Assembly (NCBI GenBank): GCA_032159965.1
Contig: JAVHWG010000491.1
Span: 1-45,375, forward strand
Origin: Mycobacterium sp.
GTDB taxonomy: Bacteria; Actinomycetota; Actinomycetes; Mycobacteriales; Mycobacteriaceae
Direction of reading: 5' to 3'
DNA length: 45,375 nt
Shown here: one piece after another, positions 15,924 through 27,213 of the stretch
How positions within the stretch are numbered: position 1 is the stretch's first letter
How the letters are laid out: the number at the start of each line of letters is the position of its first letter
Program-made: the position numbers and the translations under genes
Notes under the pieces: generated by a model
Told to the model about the DNA's origin: nothing
Seen by the model: the letters and a program-made list of their open reading frames with translations, nothing else
Databases searched by the model: none

Positions 15924-18900
15924 ATGACCGCCATTGAAACCCGGCCGTCCTCGCGGCTCTCCTGGGTGCCGGCGACCGCGGGCTGGACTGTCGGCGTCAT
16001 CGCCACACTGTCGCTTCTCGCCAGCCTGTCCCCGTTCCTGCGGGTGGTGATCAAGGTCCCGCGCGAGTTCATCAACAGCTACATCTTCAACTTCCCGGAC
16101 ACCAGCTTCGCCTGGGCAGTCGTGCTCGCGTTGCTCGCGGCGGCACTGGCGGCCCGCAAGCGGATCGCGTGGTGGATCCTGCTGCTCAACCTGATTTTCG
16201 CCGCCGGCTGGAATGTCGGCGACCTCGCCGCCGGTACCGAAACCCGGATGGAGCAAATTGGCGAGATCGTCGGCCTGGGGCTGCATCTGACCGCCGTCGG
16301 GATCTTGTTCGTGTCCTACCGAGAGTTCTATGCGAGGGTTCGCCGGGGGGCTCTGCTGAGGGCGGCCGGAGTGCTTGTCGCCGCTTTGGCGATAGGGACG
16401 CTTCTGGGCTGGGGCCTGCTCGAGACGTTCCCGGGAACGCTGCCTTCGGACGAACGCTTGCCCTACGCGCTGAACCGGGTGAGCGGTTTCGCGCTCGCCG
16501 ATCCGGACCTGTTCACCGGCAGCCCAGGCGTGGTGCTGAAGACGCTGTTGGGCTTGTTCGGAGCTGTCGCGCTGGTAACGGCGGCCGTCGTGCTGTTCAT
16601 GTCTCAGCGCGCGAAGAACGCTCTGACGGGTGAAGACGAGTCCGCGATCCGCGGCCTGCTCGAGCTGTACGGGAAGAACGACTCACTCGGATACTTCGCG
16701 ACACGCCGCGACAAGGCCGTGGTGTTCGCGGACAACGGGCGTGCCGCCATCACCTACCGCGTCGAGGTCGGGGTCTGTCTTGCCAGCGGCGACCCGATCG
16801 GCGACCCGCGTGCCTGGCCCCAGGCAATCAACCGATGGCTGCAGCTGTGCATGGCCTACGGGTGGGCGCCGGGTGTAATGGGCGCCAGCGCCACCGGCGC
16901 CGAGGCGTTCAGGGCGGCCGGCCTCAACGCTTTGCAGCTCGGCGACGAAGCGATCGTGCACCCCGATCTGTTCCGGTTGTCTGGCCCCAGCATGCGCGCC
17001 GTCCGTCAGGCGGTGACGCGCGCACGGCGGGCCGGGCTGACGGTACGCATCCGGCGCCATCGGGACATCCCGGTCGAGGAAATGAACTCGGTGATCAAGC
17101 GTGCCGACGAGTGGCGCGACACCGAATCAGAACGCGGGTTCTCGATGGCGCTGGGCCGCCTTGGAGACAACGCCGACGGCGACTGCCTGCTCGTGGAGGC
17201 CGTCAGGGGCGAGACGGAAGTAGTGGCGATGCTGTCGCTGGTCCCGTGGGGCAGCACCGGGGCCTCGCTGGACCTCATGCGCCGGTCGCCGCAGTCACCC
17301 AACGGGACCATCGAATTCATGGTCAGCGAACTCAGTATGCAGGCGGAACACATTGGGGTGAACCGCATTTCGCTGAACTTCGCAATGTTCCGCTCGGCGT
17401 TCGAGGAGGGCGCGCGGCTGGGTGCCGGGCCGATTGCCCGGCTCTGGCGCGGGCTGTTGATCTTCTTCTCCCGCTGGTGGCAGCTGGAGACGCTGTACCG
17501 ATCCAATATGAAGTATCAGCCCGAATGGGTGCCGAGGTTCGCGTGCTACGAGGACGCCAGACTGATCCCACGAGTGGGTGTCGCGTCGGTGATCGCCGAA
17601 GGCTTTCTGGTGCTGCCGTTTTCGCGGCGCAGCGACCCGCACACCGGCCAGTATCCCGCGGTGCCGGAAACCGTTATGGCCAGCGGCATCTTGCACCACG
17701 ACGGCACTGCGCCTGACCTCAGTCGACTGGCCGATGAATCCGTCCCGGAATACACGCCCGTGGCACGGGTGCCCGACCAGGTGCGGGTGCGGATGGCCAA
17801 ATTGGCGGCGCTGCGGTCCCGCGGAGTGGACCCCTATCCCGTCGGCCAGTCCCCGAGCCACACGATCGCGCGCGCGATCGACGAGTCCGACGACGTCGTC
17901 GTCACCGTAGCGGGCCGTGTGCTGCGGATGCGTGACTACGGTGGCGTGCTGTTCGCCGACCTACGGGACTGGTCCGGGGATGTTCAGCTCTTGCTTAGCA
18001 ATTCAGATCTGGACAGCGGTTCGACGTCAGACTTCACCACGGCCCTCGATCTCGGCGACCTGATCGAAGTCACCGGCACGATGGGATACAGCAAGAACGG
18101 CACGCGGTCGCTGATCGCCGGCAGCTGGCGTCTGATCGGCAAGTGCCTACACCCGTTGCCCGACAAGTGGAAAGGGCTTGCCGATCCCGAGGCGAGGGTC
18201 CGCACCCGGTACGTCGATCTCGCCGTCAACCGTGAAGCCCGCCAGCTCGTCACCGCGCGCAGCCAGGTGCTGCATGCCATCCGGGAAACGTTGGTGGGCA
18301 AAGGCTTCATCGAAGTCGAGACGCCGATACTGCAGCAGATTCACGGCGGTGCAAACGCGCGGCCCTTCCACACCCACATCAACGCCTACGACCTCGACCT
18401 GTATCTGCGGATCGCCCCAGAGCTGTATCTGAAGCGCCTCTGTGTCGGCGGTGTCGAGCGGGTCTTCGAGCTGGGCCGGGCGTTCCGCAACGAGGGGGTG
18501 GACTTCAGCCACAACCCGGAGTTCACGCTGCTGGAGGCCTACCAGGCGCACGCCGACTACATGACCTGGGCGGACGGCTGCCGCGAGCTGATCCAGAACG
18601 CGGCGGTTGCCGCCAACGGCGAGCAGGTGGTGATGCGCCAGTGCGAAGGCGGGGTGTTGCAGCCGGTCGACATCTCCGGCGCCTGGCAGGTCAAATCCGT
18701 CCACGACGCCGTATCCGACGCGCTCGGCGAGCAGATCGACGAACGCACCGACCTTGCCACTCTTCGCAGACACTGTGACCGGACCAAGATTCCGTACGTG
18801 ACGCACTGGGACGCGGGCGCAATCGTGCTGGAGCTCTACGAGCGACTCGTCGAGGAGAGCACCGAGGCGCCGACGTTCTACAAGGACTTCCCGACGTCGG

Positions 18901-19223
18901 TGTCACCGCTGACCCGCCCCCACCGCAGTCGCCCCGGCCTCGCCGAGCGCTGGGACCTGGTGGCCTGGGGGGTCGAGCTCGGCACTGCCTACAGCGAGTT
19001 GACCGATCCCGTTGAACAGCGCCGGCGCCTGCAGGAGCAATCATTGCTGGCCGCCGGTGGCGATCCTGAGGCGATGGAGATCGACGAGGATTTCTTGCGT
19101 GCCATGGAATATGCGATGCCGCCGACGGGTGGCCTCGGAATGGGCGTCGACCGGGTCGTGATGATGATCACCGGCCGAAGCATCCGGGAGACACTGCCGT
19201 TCCCATTGGCCAAGCCCCGCTGA
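15924..19223 (+). CDS. lysX: Bifunctional lysylphosphatidylglycerol synthetase/lysine-tRNA ligase
   Basis: N-terminal TM segments, MprF-like domain ([17 protein letters not shown]) and class II LysRS domain ([30 protein letters not shown]). Confidence 0.96.
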   Translation: MTAIETRPSSRLSWVPATAGWTVGVIATLSLLASLSPFLRVVIKVPREFINSYIFNFPDTSFAWAVVLALLAAALAARKRIAWWILLLNLIFAAGWNVGDLAAGTETRMEQIGEIVGLGLHLTAVGILFVSYREFYARVRRGALLRAAGVLVAALAIGTLLGWGLLETFPGTLPSDERLPYALNRVSGFALADPDLFTGSPGVVLKTLLGLFGAVALVTAAVVLFMSQRAKNALTGEDESAIRGLLELYGKNDSLGYFATRRDKAVVFADNGRAAITYRVEVGVCLASGDPIGDPRAWPQAINRWLQLCMAYGWAPGVMGASATGAEAFRAAGLNALQLGDEAIVHPDLFRLSGPSMRAVRQAVTRARRAGLTVRIRRHRDIPVEEMNSVIKRADEWRDTESERGFSMALGRLGDNADGDCLLVEAVRGETEVVAMLSLVPWGSTGASLDLMRRSPQSPNGTIEFMVSELSMQAEHIGVNRISLNFAMFRSAFEEGARLGAGPIARLWRGLLIFFSRWWQLETLYRSNMKYQPEWVPRFACYEDARLIPRVGVASVIAEGFLVLPFSRRSDPHTGQYPAVPETVMASGILHHDGTAPDLSRLADESVPEYTPVARVPDQVRVRMAKLAALRSRGVDPYPVGQSPSHTIARAIDESDDVVVTVAGRVLRMRDYGGVLFADLRDWSGDVQLLLSNSDLDSGSTSDFTTALDLGDLIEVTGTMGYSKNGTRSLIAGSWRLIGKCLHPLPDKWKGLADPEARVRTRYVDLAVNREARQLVTARSQVLHAIRETLVGKGFIEVETPILQQIHGGANARPFHTHINAYDLDLYLRIAPELYLKRLCVGGVERVFELGRAFRNEGVDFSHNPEFTLLEAYQAHADYMTWADGCRELIQNAAVAANGEQVVMRQCEGGVLQPVDISGAWQVKSVHDAVSDALGEQIDERTDLATLRRHCDRTKIPYVTHWDAGAIVLELYERLVEESTEAPTFYKDFPTSVSPLTRPHRSRPGLAERWDLVAWGVELGTAYSELTDPVEQRRRLQEQSLLAAGGDPEAMEIDEDFLRAMEYAMPPTGGLGMGVDRVVMMITGRSIRETLPFPLAKPR

Positions 19224-19274
19224 GGCACCTGGAGCTCACAGGTTGTACGCAGGTTTGCGGCACACGATATCTGC

Positions 19275-20717
19275 GTGACGACGGTGTCGGCGGAGCCGGT
19301 GTGGCCATTCGGCCAGCACATCTCGCTGATGCACGGCTGGCTCCCGGCGACGGTGCAGGCCGCGGCGGTGACGGTGTTGTTGCTGGCCGTGGGCCGGCGG
19401 ACCACGCGTTGGCGGATGGTGTGCCTGCCGCTGGCGATCCTGGCGGGTGCGGGCACGGCGGCGTGGGTCCACTGGTACATCGATTCTCAGGGAATGGCCG
19501 GTGATTCGACTCCACGCTCGCTGTTGCTATGGGTAGGGCTGAGCGGCGTGGCGGTCGGCGTGCTGGTACTGGGCTGGCGCCGTGTCCGCTGGTGGCGGCG
19601 CGGACTGTCGACGGCCGCGGTGGCGCTGTGCCTGCTGTGCGCGGCGCTGGCACTCAATCAATGGGTCGGCTACTTCCCCACCGTCCAGACCGCGTGGAAT
19701 CAGCTCACGGCGGGGCCGCTCCCCGATCAGGTGGGTCAAGAGACCGTCATTGCGATGCAGCAGAACAAGACGATCCCCAAGAATGGGACGGTCGTGCAGG
19801 TCGACATCAGCGATGCGCAATCGCATTTCAAGCACCGCCCCGAGGTGGTCTATCTGCCGCCTGCGTGGTTCTCGACCAACCCACCGCCGCGGCTGCCGAC
19901 GGTGATGATGATCGGCGGCGAGTACAACACCCCCGCCGACTGGCTGCGCACCGGCAACGCGATCAAGACGATCGACGAGTTCGCCGCGGCCCATCACGGC
20001 AGCGCGCCCGTCTTCGTGTTCGTCGACTCTGGCGGCGCGTTCAACAACGACACCGAGTGCGTGAACGGCACCCGCGGTAACTCCGCCGACCACCTGACGA
20101 AAGATGTCGTGCCATACATGATCTCGACGTACGGCGTCAGCCAGAATCGCGCCAACTGGGGCGTCGTGGGCTGGTCCATGGGCGGCACGTGCGCTGTCGA
20201 CCTGACGGTGATGCATCCGGACATGTTCAGTGCGTTCGAAGACATCGCAGGCGACCTGGCCCCGAACTCGGGCACCAGGGCGCAGACCATCAGCCGGTTG
20301 TTCGCCGGTAACGCCGGTGCGTGGGCTGCATTCGACCCGACGACCGTGATCACCCGCCACGGGCCGTACACGGGCGTCGCCGGGTGGTTCGCGATCCACG
20401 GCGGCCAGCAGGCCCAACCCCATGTGACTCCCGCGGCCGCACGGGGCAAGCCCGGCGCAGAGGCCTACGGAAGCAGCCCGACGGCCGCCGCGAACGCGTT
20501 GTGCGCACTGGGCCGCGCGAACGGGATCGACTGTGCTGTGGTCGCACAAGCAGGTCGTCATGACTGGCCGTTCGCCGCGCGCGCCTTCGCCGCCGCCCTG
20601 CCGTGGCTGGCCGGCGAGTTGGGCACACCCGGGGTGCCCAAGAGTCCCTTTCCGCCGCCGGGCACCGCAGCTGTGGCCCCCGCGCCCCCGCGCCAGCTTC
20701 AGGCGGCCGGCAAGTAG
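19275..20717 (+). CDS. Membrane-anchored esterase / alpha-beta hydrolase (Rv1639c-like)
   Basis: N-terminal TM helices, VYLPPAW, GWSMGG nucleophile elbow, GRHDW catalytic His. Confidence 0.85.
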   Translation: MTTVSAEPVWPFGQHISLMHGWLPATVQAAAVTVLLLAVGRRTTRWRMVCLPLAILAGAGTAAWVHWYIDSQGMAGDSTPRSLLLWVGLSGVAVGVLVLGWRRVRWWRRGLSTAAVALCLLCAALALNQWVGYFPTVQTAWNQLTAGPLPDQVGQETVIAMQQNKTIPKNGTVVQVDISDAQSHFKHRPEVVYLPPAWFSTNPPPRLPTVMMIGGEYNTPADWLRTGNAIKTIDEFAAAHHGSAPVFVFVDSGGAFNNDTECVNGTRGNSADHLTKDVVPYMISTYGVSQNRANWGVVGWSMGGTCAVDLTVMHPDMFSAFEDIAGDLAPNSGTRAQTISRLFAGNAGAWAAFDPTTVITRHGPYTGVAGWFAIHGGQQAQPHVTPAAARGKPGAEAYGSSPTAAANALCALGRANGIDCAVVAQAGRHDWPFAARAFAAALPWLAGELGTPGVPKSPFPPPGTAAVAPAPPRQLQAAGK

Positions 20718-20737
20718 CGCGGAGGTACCGTGGCGAC

Positions 20738-21025
20738 ATGCCCGACGAGTCATCCGAGCCTGAGACTGCGGCACCGACACCGACCGCGCCGATCACCGCT
20801 CCCGACGTCGAGCCGGCGTACAGCTCAGCCGGGGTGCCGACCTACGAATCGGTCCGCGAGAAGATCGAGAACCGCTACACCACCTCACTGGGGTCAGCGG
20901 AGCTGGACGCCGAAACCACCGAGGGCCGCGACATCGAAGAGCAGTACGAAGCGCGCCAGCGCGCGGCGGCTGATCGCCTCGCCCAGATCCGTGAGTCGAT
21001 GAAGCCGGGCCAGGGCGACAGCTAG
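20738..21025 (+). CDS. Small protein resembling the PspA C-terminal helices (Rv1638A-like)
   Basis: ATG 20738, 6 nt after TACCGT; VPTYESVREKIENRY..GSAEL..RLAQIRESM. Confidence 0.75.
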   Translation: MPDESSEPETAAPTPTAPITAPDVEPAYSSAGVPTYESVREKIENRYTTSLGSAELDAETTEGRDIEEQYEARQRAAADRLAQIRESMKPGQGDS

Positions 21026-21029
21026 GCCG

Positions 21030-22214
21030 GTGCGCACATTCACCGTCCGTGAGCGGCGCGCGCGTCTTGCCCGTCGTCACTTTCTCGCAGAGGAACCTGC
21101 CGGCGATCCAATCGGCGCAGTCATTTCGGACCTGGTGGGTCTGCATGCCACTGATCCGGCGACGCCGTACCTGTCGTTGTGGGCACGAGTACCCGGCTTC
21201 ACCGTCCGGGACCTCGACGAGCAGCTGTACGAACGACGCTCAGTGGTAAAACATCTCGCGATGCGACGCACGTTGTGGTTGGTGTGCGCCGACGACCTCG
21301 CGACGATTCAGGCCGGGGCCAGCGATCGCGTCGCCGACAACGAGTGGCGCCGACTTGTCGCCGACGTCGAGAAGGCCGGCATTGCAGCCGATGGCGCGAA
21401 CTGGCTCGATCGCGCGTGCGCTGCCGTGTTACGCCACCTCGCAGGGACAGGACCGGCGAGCACGTCGCAGTTACGCGCGGCGTTGCCCGAGCTGGACGGG
21501 AAGTACGACCCCGCTCCCGGCAAGCCGTGGGGTGGTGAAACTCATTTGGCACCGAGGGTATTCACGATTCTTGGGGTTCGCGGAGATATTGTCCGCGGAC
21601 CCAACGACGGCATGTGGAACGCGTCGCGCCACCGCTGGGTCACGCACGCCGAGTGGTTCGGCGCTCCCCTCCAAGCAATACCCGTCCAAACCGCCAGAGC
21701 GAACCTCGTCCGGCGATGGCTTCACGCGTTCGGGCCGGCGACGGTAACGGATATCAAATGGTGGTTCGGCTCGACGCTGACAGCTGCGCGACAGGCGCTG
21801 CGCGACATCCACGCGGTGGAGGTGGACCTGGGGGGTGTAGCCGGTTATGCACTGCCCGACGAGCTCGACGACGAGGCCGACACCGAGCCGTGGGCGGCGC
21901 TGCTGCCGGGCCTGGACGTGACCGCGATGGGCTGGGCCGATCGTGACTGGTATCTCGGCCCGCACCGCACAAGCATTTTCGACCGCAACGGAAACGCCGG
22001 GCCGACGGCGTGGTGGAACGGGCGTGTTGTCGGCGGCTGGCGCCAGGACGACGGCGGGAAGGTAGCGGTGCAGTTACTCGAGGATCCCGGCCGCGACGCC
22101 GAGCGGGCCCTGCAACGCAAGGCAGAGGATCTCAGCGCATGGCTCGACGGTGTCCGGATAGCTCCGAGGTTTCCGTCACCACTGTCGAAAACGGCTCTGC
22201 TCAAACAGGATTAG
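21030..22214 (+). CDS. AlkZ-like (HTH_42, winged-helix) DNA glycosylase
   Basis: RRARLARRHFL, GLHATDPATPYLSLWAR, AMRRTL, FGPATVTDIKWW and GRVVGGW motifs. Confidence 0.85.
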   Translation: MRTFTVRERRARLARRHFLAEEPAGDPIGAVISDLVGLHATDPATPYLSLWARVPGFTVRDLDEQLYERRSVVKHLAMRRTLWLVCADDLATIQAGASDRVADNEWRRLVADVEKAGIAADGANWLDRACAAVLRHLAGTGPASTSQLRAALPELDGKYDPAPGKPWGGETHLAPRVFTILGVRGDIVRGPNDGMWNASRHRWVTHAEWFGAPLQAIPVQTARANLVRRWLHAFGPATVTDIKWWFGSTLTAARQALRDIHAVEVDLGGVAGYALPDELDDEADTEPWAALLPGLDVTAMGWADRDWYLGPHRTSIFDRNGNAGPTAWWNGRVVGGWRQDDGGKVAVQLLEDPGRDAERALQRKAEDLSAWLDGVRIAPRFPSPLSKTALLKQD

Positions 22215-22959
22215 GCGCGGGCGCACCCCGGGCCACGACGACGGGCATCGATGTTGCCGAGTTGGTCTGCAAAATCGTGTGAACGACGGAGATCAGGTCC
22301 TCCACCGGCATCAGCTGGCCCGGCATGCACCCTCGTGCCAGCCACAGTGGATAGTTCTCCATGGTCAGCGCCGGGTCCCAGCCCTCATTGAATCCGGTAG
22401 CCGAGTCGCCTTCTCCGCCTGCGCATTCCCCGACGATAAGATTTGTGAACCCGATGTCGGGGTGTTCGGCCCGCCACGCCTCGATGAGTCTTTCGAGCGC
22501 GGCCTTGGTGACGCCGTATGCGCCGAGACCCGGCCACGGAGGCCCGTACGTACCGGCGTCCGAGGAGAGGTACACGACTTTGCCTGCCGACGCCGTCAGA
22601 TGCGGAATCGCCGCAGCAGTCGCAAGCGCGGCACCCATGACGTTGGTGTCGAACACCCGCCGCCACGTTTCGGCGTCCGTCTCGACGAGACGTTTGAGCG
22701 GCCCGATCGCGGGCGTGTAGATCAGGCTGTCGACACCGCCGAGCGCGTCGGCCGCGGTGTCGATGGCCGAACGGACCGACGCCTCGTCAGTGACATCACA
22801 CTCGATGGCGACCGCGTTCGAGCCTGCTTCTTTTGCGGCCGCCTCGATGCGGGCACGGCGTCGGGCGAGCAGCGCCACGTGTTCGCCGCGCTGGGCGAGA
22901 CCAACGCCGATACAGCGCCCGAGCCCGCTCGACGCGCCAATCACCACGGTTTTCAACAT
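22201..22959 (-). CDS. Short-chain dehydrogenase/reductase
   Basis: GASSGLG cofactor motif, CDVTD, YGVTK catalytic motif. Confidence 0.9.
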   Translation of the reverse strand: MLKTVVIGASSGLGRCIGVGLAQRGEHVALLARRRARIEAAAKEAGSNAVAIECDVTDEASVRSAIDTAADALGGVDSLIYTPAIGPLKRLVETDAETWRRVFDTNVMGAALATAAAIPHLTASAGKVVYLSSDAGTYGPPWPGLGAYGVTKAALERLIEAWRAEHPDIGFTNLIVGECAGGEGDSATGFNEGWDPALTMENYPLWLARGCMPGQLMPVEDLISVVHTILQTNSATSMPVVVARGAPAPNPV

Positions 22960-23072
22960 GCAGTCCTCGCAATGTGGTCTCCAGCGCCGTGTGCGCTACC
23001 GGCGAGGAGCATATCGCCCGCGTTACGCATGCACGACAGAGTGTCAACACCCCAGCCGATAGCCAGACGCGC

Positions 23073-25973
23073 TCAGGCGCTGACCCTGCTCCTTCGCCGC
23101 GGCGTCGATGGCCGAGACAAACCAAGCACGTCAGCCAGAAATTGCCCGGTGTAACTCTCCGGCACCGCCGCGACGTCCTCGGGCGTGCCCTGCGCGATGA
23201 CCGTGCCGCCGCCGGCGCCGCCCTCAGGGCCCATGTCGATGACCCAATCGGACGTCTTGATGACGTCCAGGTTGTGTTCGATCACGATGACCGTATTGCC
23301 CTTGTCCACGAGGCCGTTGATGACTCCGAGGAGCTTGCGGATGTCCTCGAAGTGCAGCCCGGTGGTGGGTTCGTCGAGGACGTAGATCGTGCGACCGGTG
23401 GAGCGCTTCTGCAGTTCGGACGCCAGCTTGACGCGTTGCGCCTCGCCCCCGGACAACGTGGGCGCGGGCTGCCCGAGCCGCACGTAACCCAGACCCACGT
23501 CGACGAGGGTTTGCAGATACCGGTAGATCGAGGTGATCGGCTCGAAGAACTCGGCGGCTTCCTCGATGGACATGTCCAGAACCTCGGCGATGGTCTTGCC
23601 CTTGTAGTGCACCTCGAGCGTCTCCCGGTTGTACCGGGCGCCCTGACACACCTCGCACGGGACGTAGACGTCGGGCAGGAAGTTCATCTCGATCTTGATG
23701 GTTCCGTCGCCCGTGCACGCCTCGCAGCGGCCGCCCTTCACGTTGAACGAGAATCGACCCGGTTGATAGCCGCGCACTTTCGCCTCGGTGGTGGCGGCGA
23801 AGAGCGTGCGGATCTTGTCGAACACGCCGGTGTACGTGGCGGGGTTCGAACGAGGTGTGCGGCCGATCGGCGACTGGTCCACACGCACCAGCTTGTCCAG
23901 TTTGTCGAGGCCGGTGACACGAGTGTGTCTCCCCGGGACCTGACGGGCACCGTTGAGCTTGTTGGCCAGGACCGACGCGAGGATGTCGTTGACCAGGGTG
24001 GACTTGCCCGACCCCGAGACCCCGGTGACCGACGTGAGCACACCGAGGGGAAACGACACGTCGATGTCGCGCAGATTGTGTTCGCGGGCGCCGATCACAC
24101 TCAGTTGGCGGCGGCGGTCCCGCGGCCTGCGAATTTCGGGCACCTCGATGCTCTGTTTTCCGGAGAGGTACGCGCCGGTGATCGAGGCCTTGTTGCGCAA
24201 CAGCTCGGCGTACGTGCCGCTGTGGACGATGCGCCCGCCGTGCTCGCCCGCTGCGGGACCGATGTCGACCACCCAGTCGGCGTGGGCGATGGTGTCGAGG
24301 TCGTGCTCGACGACGATCAGGGTGTTGCCCAACGCCTTCAGGCGCAAGAGCGTTTCGATCAGTCGGCGATTGTCGCGCTGGTGCAGGCCGATCGACGGTT
24401 CGTCGAGCACGTAGAGCACGCCGACCAGTCCGGAGCCGATCTGTGTTGCGAGCCGAATGCGTTGTGCCTCGCCGCCGGAGAGCGTTGCAGCGGCGCGCGA
24501 GAGCGACAGGTAGTCGAGCCCGACGTCCAGCAGAAAGCCGAGCCGGGACTGGATCTCCTTGAGCACCTGTCCCGCGATCGCCTGCTCCCGCGACCCGAGG
24601 GTCAACGCGTTCAGGAAGTCGGCGCAGTCGGAGATGGACAACTCGGCGACGTCGGCGATGGACCGCGCGCCCCGGTCCCCTGCGGACAAGGTGACGGCGA
24701 GGATCTCCGGTTTCAGTCGCGTGCCCTGGCATTCCGGGCACGGCACGTCGCGCATGAAGCCCTCGTACCGTTCTTTCATCGTCTCGGAATCGGTCTGCTC
24801 GGTCTTGCGCTGCAGGAACGCCATCACGCCTTCGAAGTCGGCGTAATAGGATCTGGTACGGCCGTACCGATTGCGATACCGGACGTGTACCTGCTCGTCG
24901 CAGCCCTCGAGGATCGCCTTGCGTGCCTTGGCAGGCAGCTTTCGCCATGGCGTGTCGACGTCGAAGCCCATCTGCTCGCCCAGGCTGGCCAGCATCCTGA
25001 CGAAGTAGTCGGCGGTGTGACCGTTAGACCATGGCGCCACCGCACCCTCGGCCAGCGTCAGGTCGGGGTCGGGCACGACGAGGTCGGGGTCGACCTCTTT
25101 GCGGATGCCCAGCCCCAGGCACTCCGGACATGCGCCGTACGGAGAGTTGAACGAAAACGACCGCGGCTCAAGGTCATCCACCGCGAGTGGATGACCGTTC
25201 GGGCATGCCAGCTTCTCGGAGAACCGTTGCTCACGATGCGGATGGTCGGGGTCCTGGTCGACGAACTCGAGGACGACGATGCCGTCGGCAAGTCGCAACG
25301 CCGTCTCCACCGAGTCGGTGAGCCGCTGCTTGGCCGACGGCTTGACCGTGAGGCGGTCGATCACCACCTCGATGTCGTGTTTCTCCTGCTTCTTGAGCTT
25401 GGGCGGGTCAGTGAGCGGATGAACGACGCCGTCGACACGAACTCGGCTGTAGCCCTGCGAGTTCAGCTTCTCGAACAGATCCGCGAACTCTCCCTTGCGG
25501 GTGCGCACCACGGGTGCCAGCACCTGAAAGCGGGTGGCTTCCGGCATCGCGAGCACCTGGTCCACGATCTGCTGTGGCGTCTGGCGCGCGATCCGCTCAC
25601 CGCAGACGGGACAGTGCGGCGTGCCCGCACGGGCGTAGAGCAGTCGGAGATAGTCGTAGACCTCGGTGATGGTGCCGACCGTCGATCGGGGATTGCGGTT
25701 GGTGGACTTCTGGTCGATCGACACTGCCGGCGACAGGCCTTCGATGAAGTCGACGTCCGGCTTGTCCATTTGCCCGAGGAACTGCCGGGCGTATGCGGAC
25801 AGCGATTCGACGTAGCGGCGCTGGCCTTCGGCGAAGATCGTGTCGAACGCCAGCGACGATTTGCCTGACCCGGACAGCCCGGTGAACACGATCAGGGCGT
25901 CGCGCGGCAGGTCGAGGTCGACGCTTCGCAAGTTGTGCTCGCGCGCACCCTTGACGATCAGGCGATCAGCCAC
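23073..25973 (-). CDS. uvrA: Excinuclease ABC subunit A
   Basis: Two Walker A motifs ([16 protein letters not shown]), two LSGGEAQR signatures, zinc-finger CxxC pairs. Confidence 0.98.
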   Translation of the reverse strand: MADRLIVKGAREHNLRSVDLDLPRDALIVFTGLSGSGKSSLAFDTIFAEGQRRYVESLSAYARQFLGQMDKPDVDFIEGLSPAVSIDQKSTNRNPRSTVGTITEVYDYLRLLYARAGTPHCPVCGERIARQTPQQIVDQVLAMPEATRFQVLAPVVRTRKGEFADLFEKLNSQGYSRVRVDGVVHPLTDPPKLKKQEKHDIEVVIDRLTVKPSAKQRLTDSVETALRLADGIVVLEFVDQDPDHPHREQRFSEKLACPNGHPLAVDDLEPRSFSFNSPYGACPECLGLGIRKEVDPDLVVPDPDLTLAEGAVAPWSNGHTADYFVRMLASLGEQMGFDVDTPWRKLPAKARKAILEGCDEQVHVRYRNRYGRTRSYYADFEGVMAFLQRKTEQTDSETMKERYEGFMRDVPCPECQGTRLKPEILAVTLSAGDRGARSIADVAELSISDCADFLNALTLGSREQAIAGQVLKEIQSRLGFLLDVGLDYLSLSRAAATLSGGEAQRIRLATQIGSGLVGVLYVLDEPSIGLHQRDNRRLIETLLRLKALGNTLIVVEHDLDTIAHADWVVDIGPAAGEHGGRIVHSGTYAELLRNKASITGAYLSGKQSIEVPEIRRPRDRRRQLSVIGAREHNLRDIDVSFPLGVLTSVTGVSGSGKSTLVNDILASVLANKLNGARQVPGRHTRVTGLDKLDKLVRVDQSPIGRTPRSNPATYTGVFDKIRTLFAATTEAKVRGYQPGRFSFNVKGGRCEACTGDGTIKIEMNFLPDVYVPCEVCQGARYNRETLEVHYKGKTIAEVLDMSIEEAAEFFEPITSIYRYLQTLVDVGLGYVRLGQPAPTLSGGEAQRVKLASELQKRSTGRTIYVLDEPTTGLHFEDIRKLLGVINGLVDKGNTVIVIEHNLDVIKTSDWVIDMGPEGGAGGGTVIAQGTPEDVAAVPESYTGQFLADVLGLSRPSTPRRRSRVSA

Positions 25974-26024
25974 TCAGTCACCTTTCGGTGGGTCGATTGG
26001 GGATGGACGTACGGCTCCCCTGTC

Positions 26025-26046
26025 ATGCTATGTGCCCCCACCGACA
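26025..26046 (-). promoter_or_regulatory. PafBC / RecA-NDp DNA-damage promoter of uvrA
   Basis: TGTCGG-N10-TAGCAT matches TGTCRG-N10-TAnnnT. Confidence 0.85.
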
Positions 26047-26074
26047 GACTCGCCCGGGGCGCTAACGTGACGGG

Positions 26075-26752
26075 ATGACTGTCGTGAGTGACAACTACAC
26101 CGGCCACGTCGACCCCGGTACCGCCATGCGCCGCGAGCTTCCAGGCGCGACGATCATCAAGGCGTCAGTCGGCCCTATGGACAACAACGCCTACCTCGTC
26201 ACATGTTCCGAGACAGGCGAGACACTGCTGATCGACGCCGCCAACGACGCCGACGATTTGGTGGCCCTTGTCCGCGAACACGCGCCCAAGTTGGCGTTAC
26301 TCGTCACCACCCATCAACATTTCGACCACTGGCAGGCACTGCAAGCCGTCGTGGATGCAACGGGCGTTCCGACCGCGGCCCATGAGATCGATGCCGATCC
26401 GCTGCCGGTGAAGCCCGACCGGCTGCTGGCACACGGCGACACGGTCCAGGTCGGCAAGCTGACGTTCGACGTCATTCACCTGCGCGGTCACACCCCGGGA
26501 TCGGTGGCGCTGGCGCTGAGCGGCGCCGCCGCCGGCGGGACGACTCAGCTGTTCACCGGTGACTGCCTTTTCCCTGGTGGGGTCGGCAAGACCTGGCAAC
26601 CGGGGGATTTCGAGCAATTGCTCGACGACGTCACATCACGGGTGTTCGAAGTCTATCCGGACTCGACAGTCATCTACCCCGGACACGGCGACGACACGAC
26701 CTTGGGCGCCGAGCGTCCTCACCTCGAGCAGTGGCGCGAACGGGGTTGGTGA
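26075..26752 (+). CDS. Metallo-beta-lactamase fold hydrolase (Rv1637c-like)
   Basis: THQHFDH, GHTPGS, FTGDCLF and YPGHG motifs. TAACGT 6 nt before the ATG. Confidence 0.92.
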   Translation: MTVVSDNYTGHVDPGTAMRRELPGATIIKASVGPMDNNAYLVTCSETGETLLIDAANDADDLVALVREHAPKLALLVTTHQHFDHWQALQAVVDATGVPTAAHEIDADPLPVKPDRLLAHGDTVQVGKLTFDVIHLRGHTPGSVALALSGAAAGGTTQLFTGDCLFPGGVGKTWQPGDFEQLLDDVTSRVFEVYPDSTVIYPGHGDDTTLGAERPHLEQWRERGW

Positions 26753-26766
26753 CGCCGCGAGGCTGG

Positions 26767-27213
26767 TCAGCTGGTGGTGTGAACGATCAGCACGTCGGTC
26801 TTGGCCCGGCGTGAGACATTGGCCGGCACCGAACCGAGGATCCGGCCGGTGATCGTGCTCAGGCCGACGTTGCCGACCACGAGCAGGTCCGCGCTGGACT
26901 CCTCGGCGAGCTCCACCAGGGCGTCGACCGGCGCGCCGACAATCGACTTCTCCTCGACGTTCTTGGCGCCTGCCACCGTGGCCCGCTCGTGGGCTTCCTT
27001 CAGGATCGCGTAGATCGGAGCGGCGCCCGTCGTCTTGTATCCCTCGTCCTTGAGCATGTCAGCAGCCCGTGGATCGTCGTGCTGAGGGAAGTACGCCGTG
27101 GCAATGATCAGTTTCGCGTCCGAGCCCGCGGCGATGGCGGCCGCACGGTCGACCGCACGCAGCGACGAGTCCGAGCCATCGGTCCCGACCACCACGGTCT
27201 GATAGGCGCTCAT
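26767..27213 (-). CDS. Universal stress protein (Rv1636/TB15.3-like)
   Basis: VVVGTDGSDSS and DLLVVGNVGL..ILGSVPANV motifs. Confidence 0.93.
   Translation of the reverse strand: MSAYQTVVVGTDGSDSSLRAVDRAAAIAAGSDAKLIIATAYFPQHDDPRAADMLKDEGYKTTGAAPIYAILKEAHERATVAGAKNVEEKSIVGAPVDALVELAEESSADLLVVGNVGLSTITGRILGSVPANVSRRAKTDVLIVHTTS

Noticed and set aside
15924-19223. MprF-LysRS fusion and (35475-36704) CoaE-GrpB fusion as novelties
   Set aside because: Both architectures are well described in mycobacteria.
22201-22214. Short convergent 3' overlaps (also 35475-35494 and 40395-40398)
   Set aside because: Common in compact GC-rich genomes; no additional evidence of regulatory function.
22833-25868. 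1011-aa plus-strand ORF
   Set aside because: Antisense shadow of uvrA caused by high-GC codon bias; no recognisable domain.
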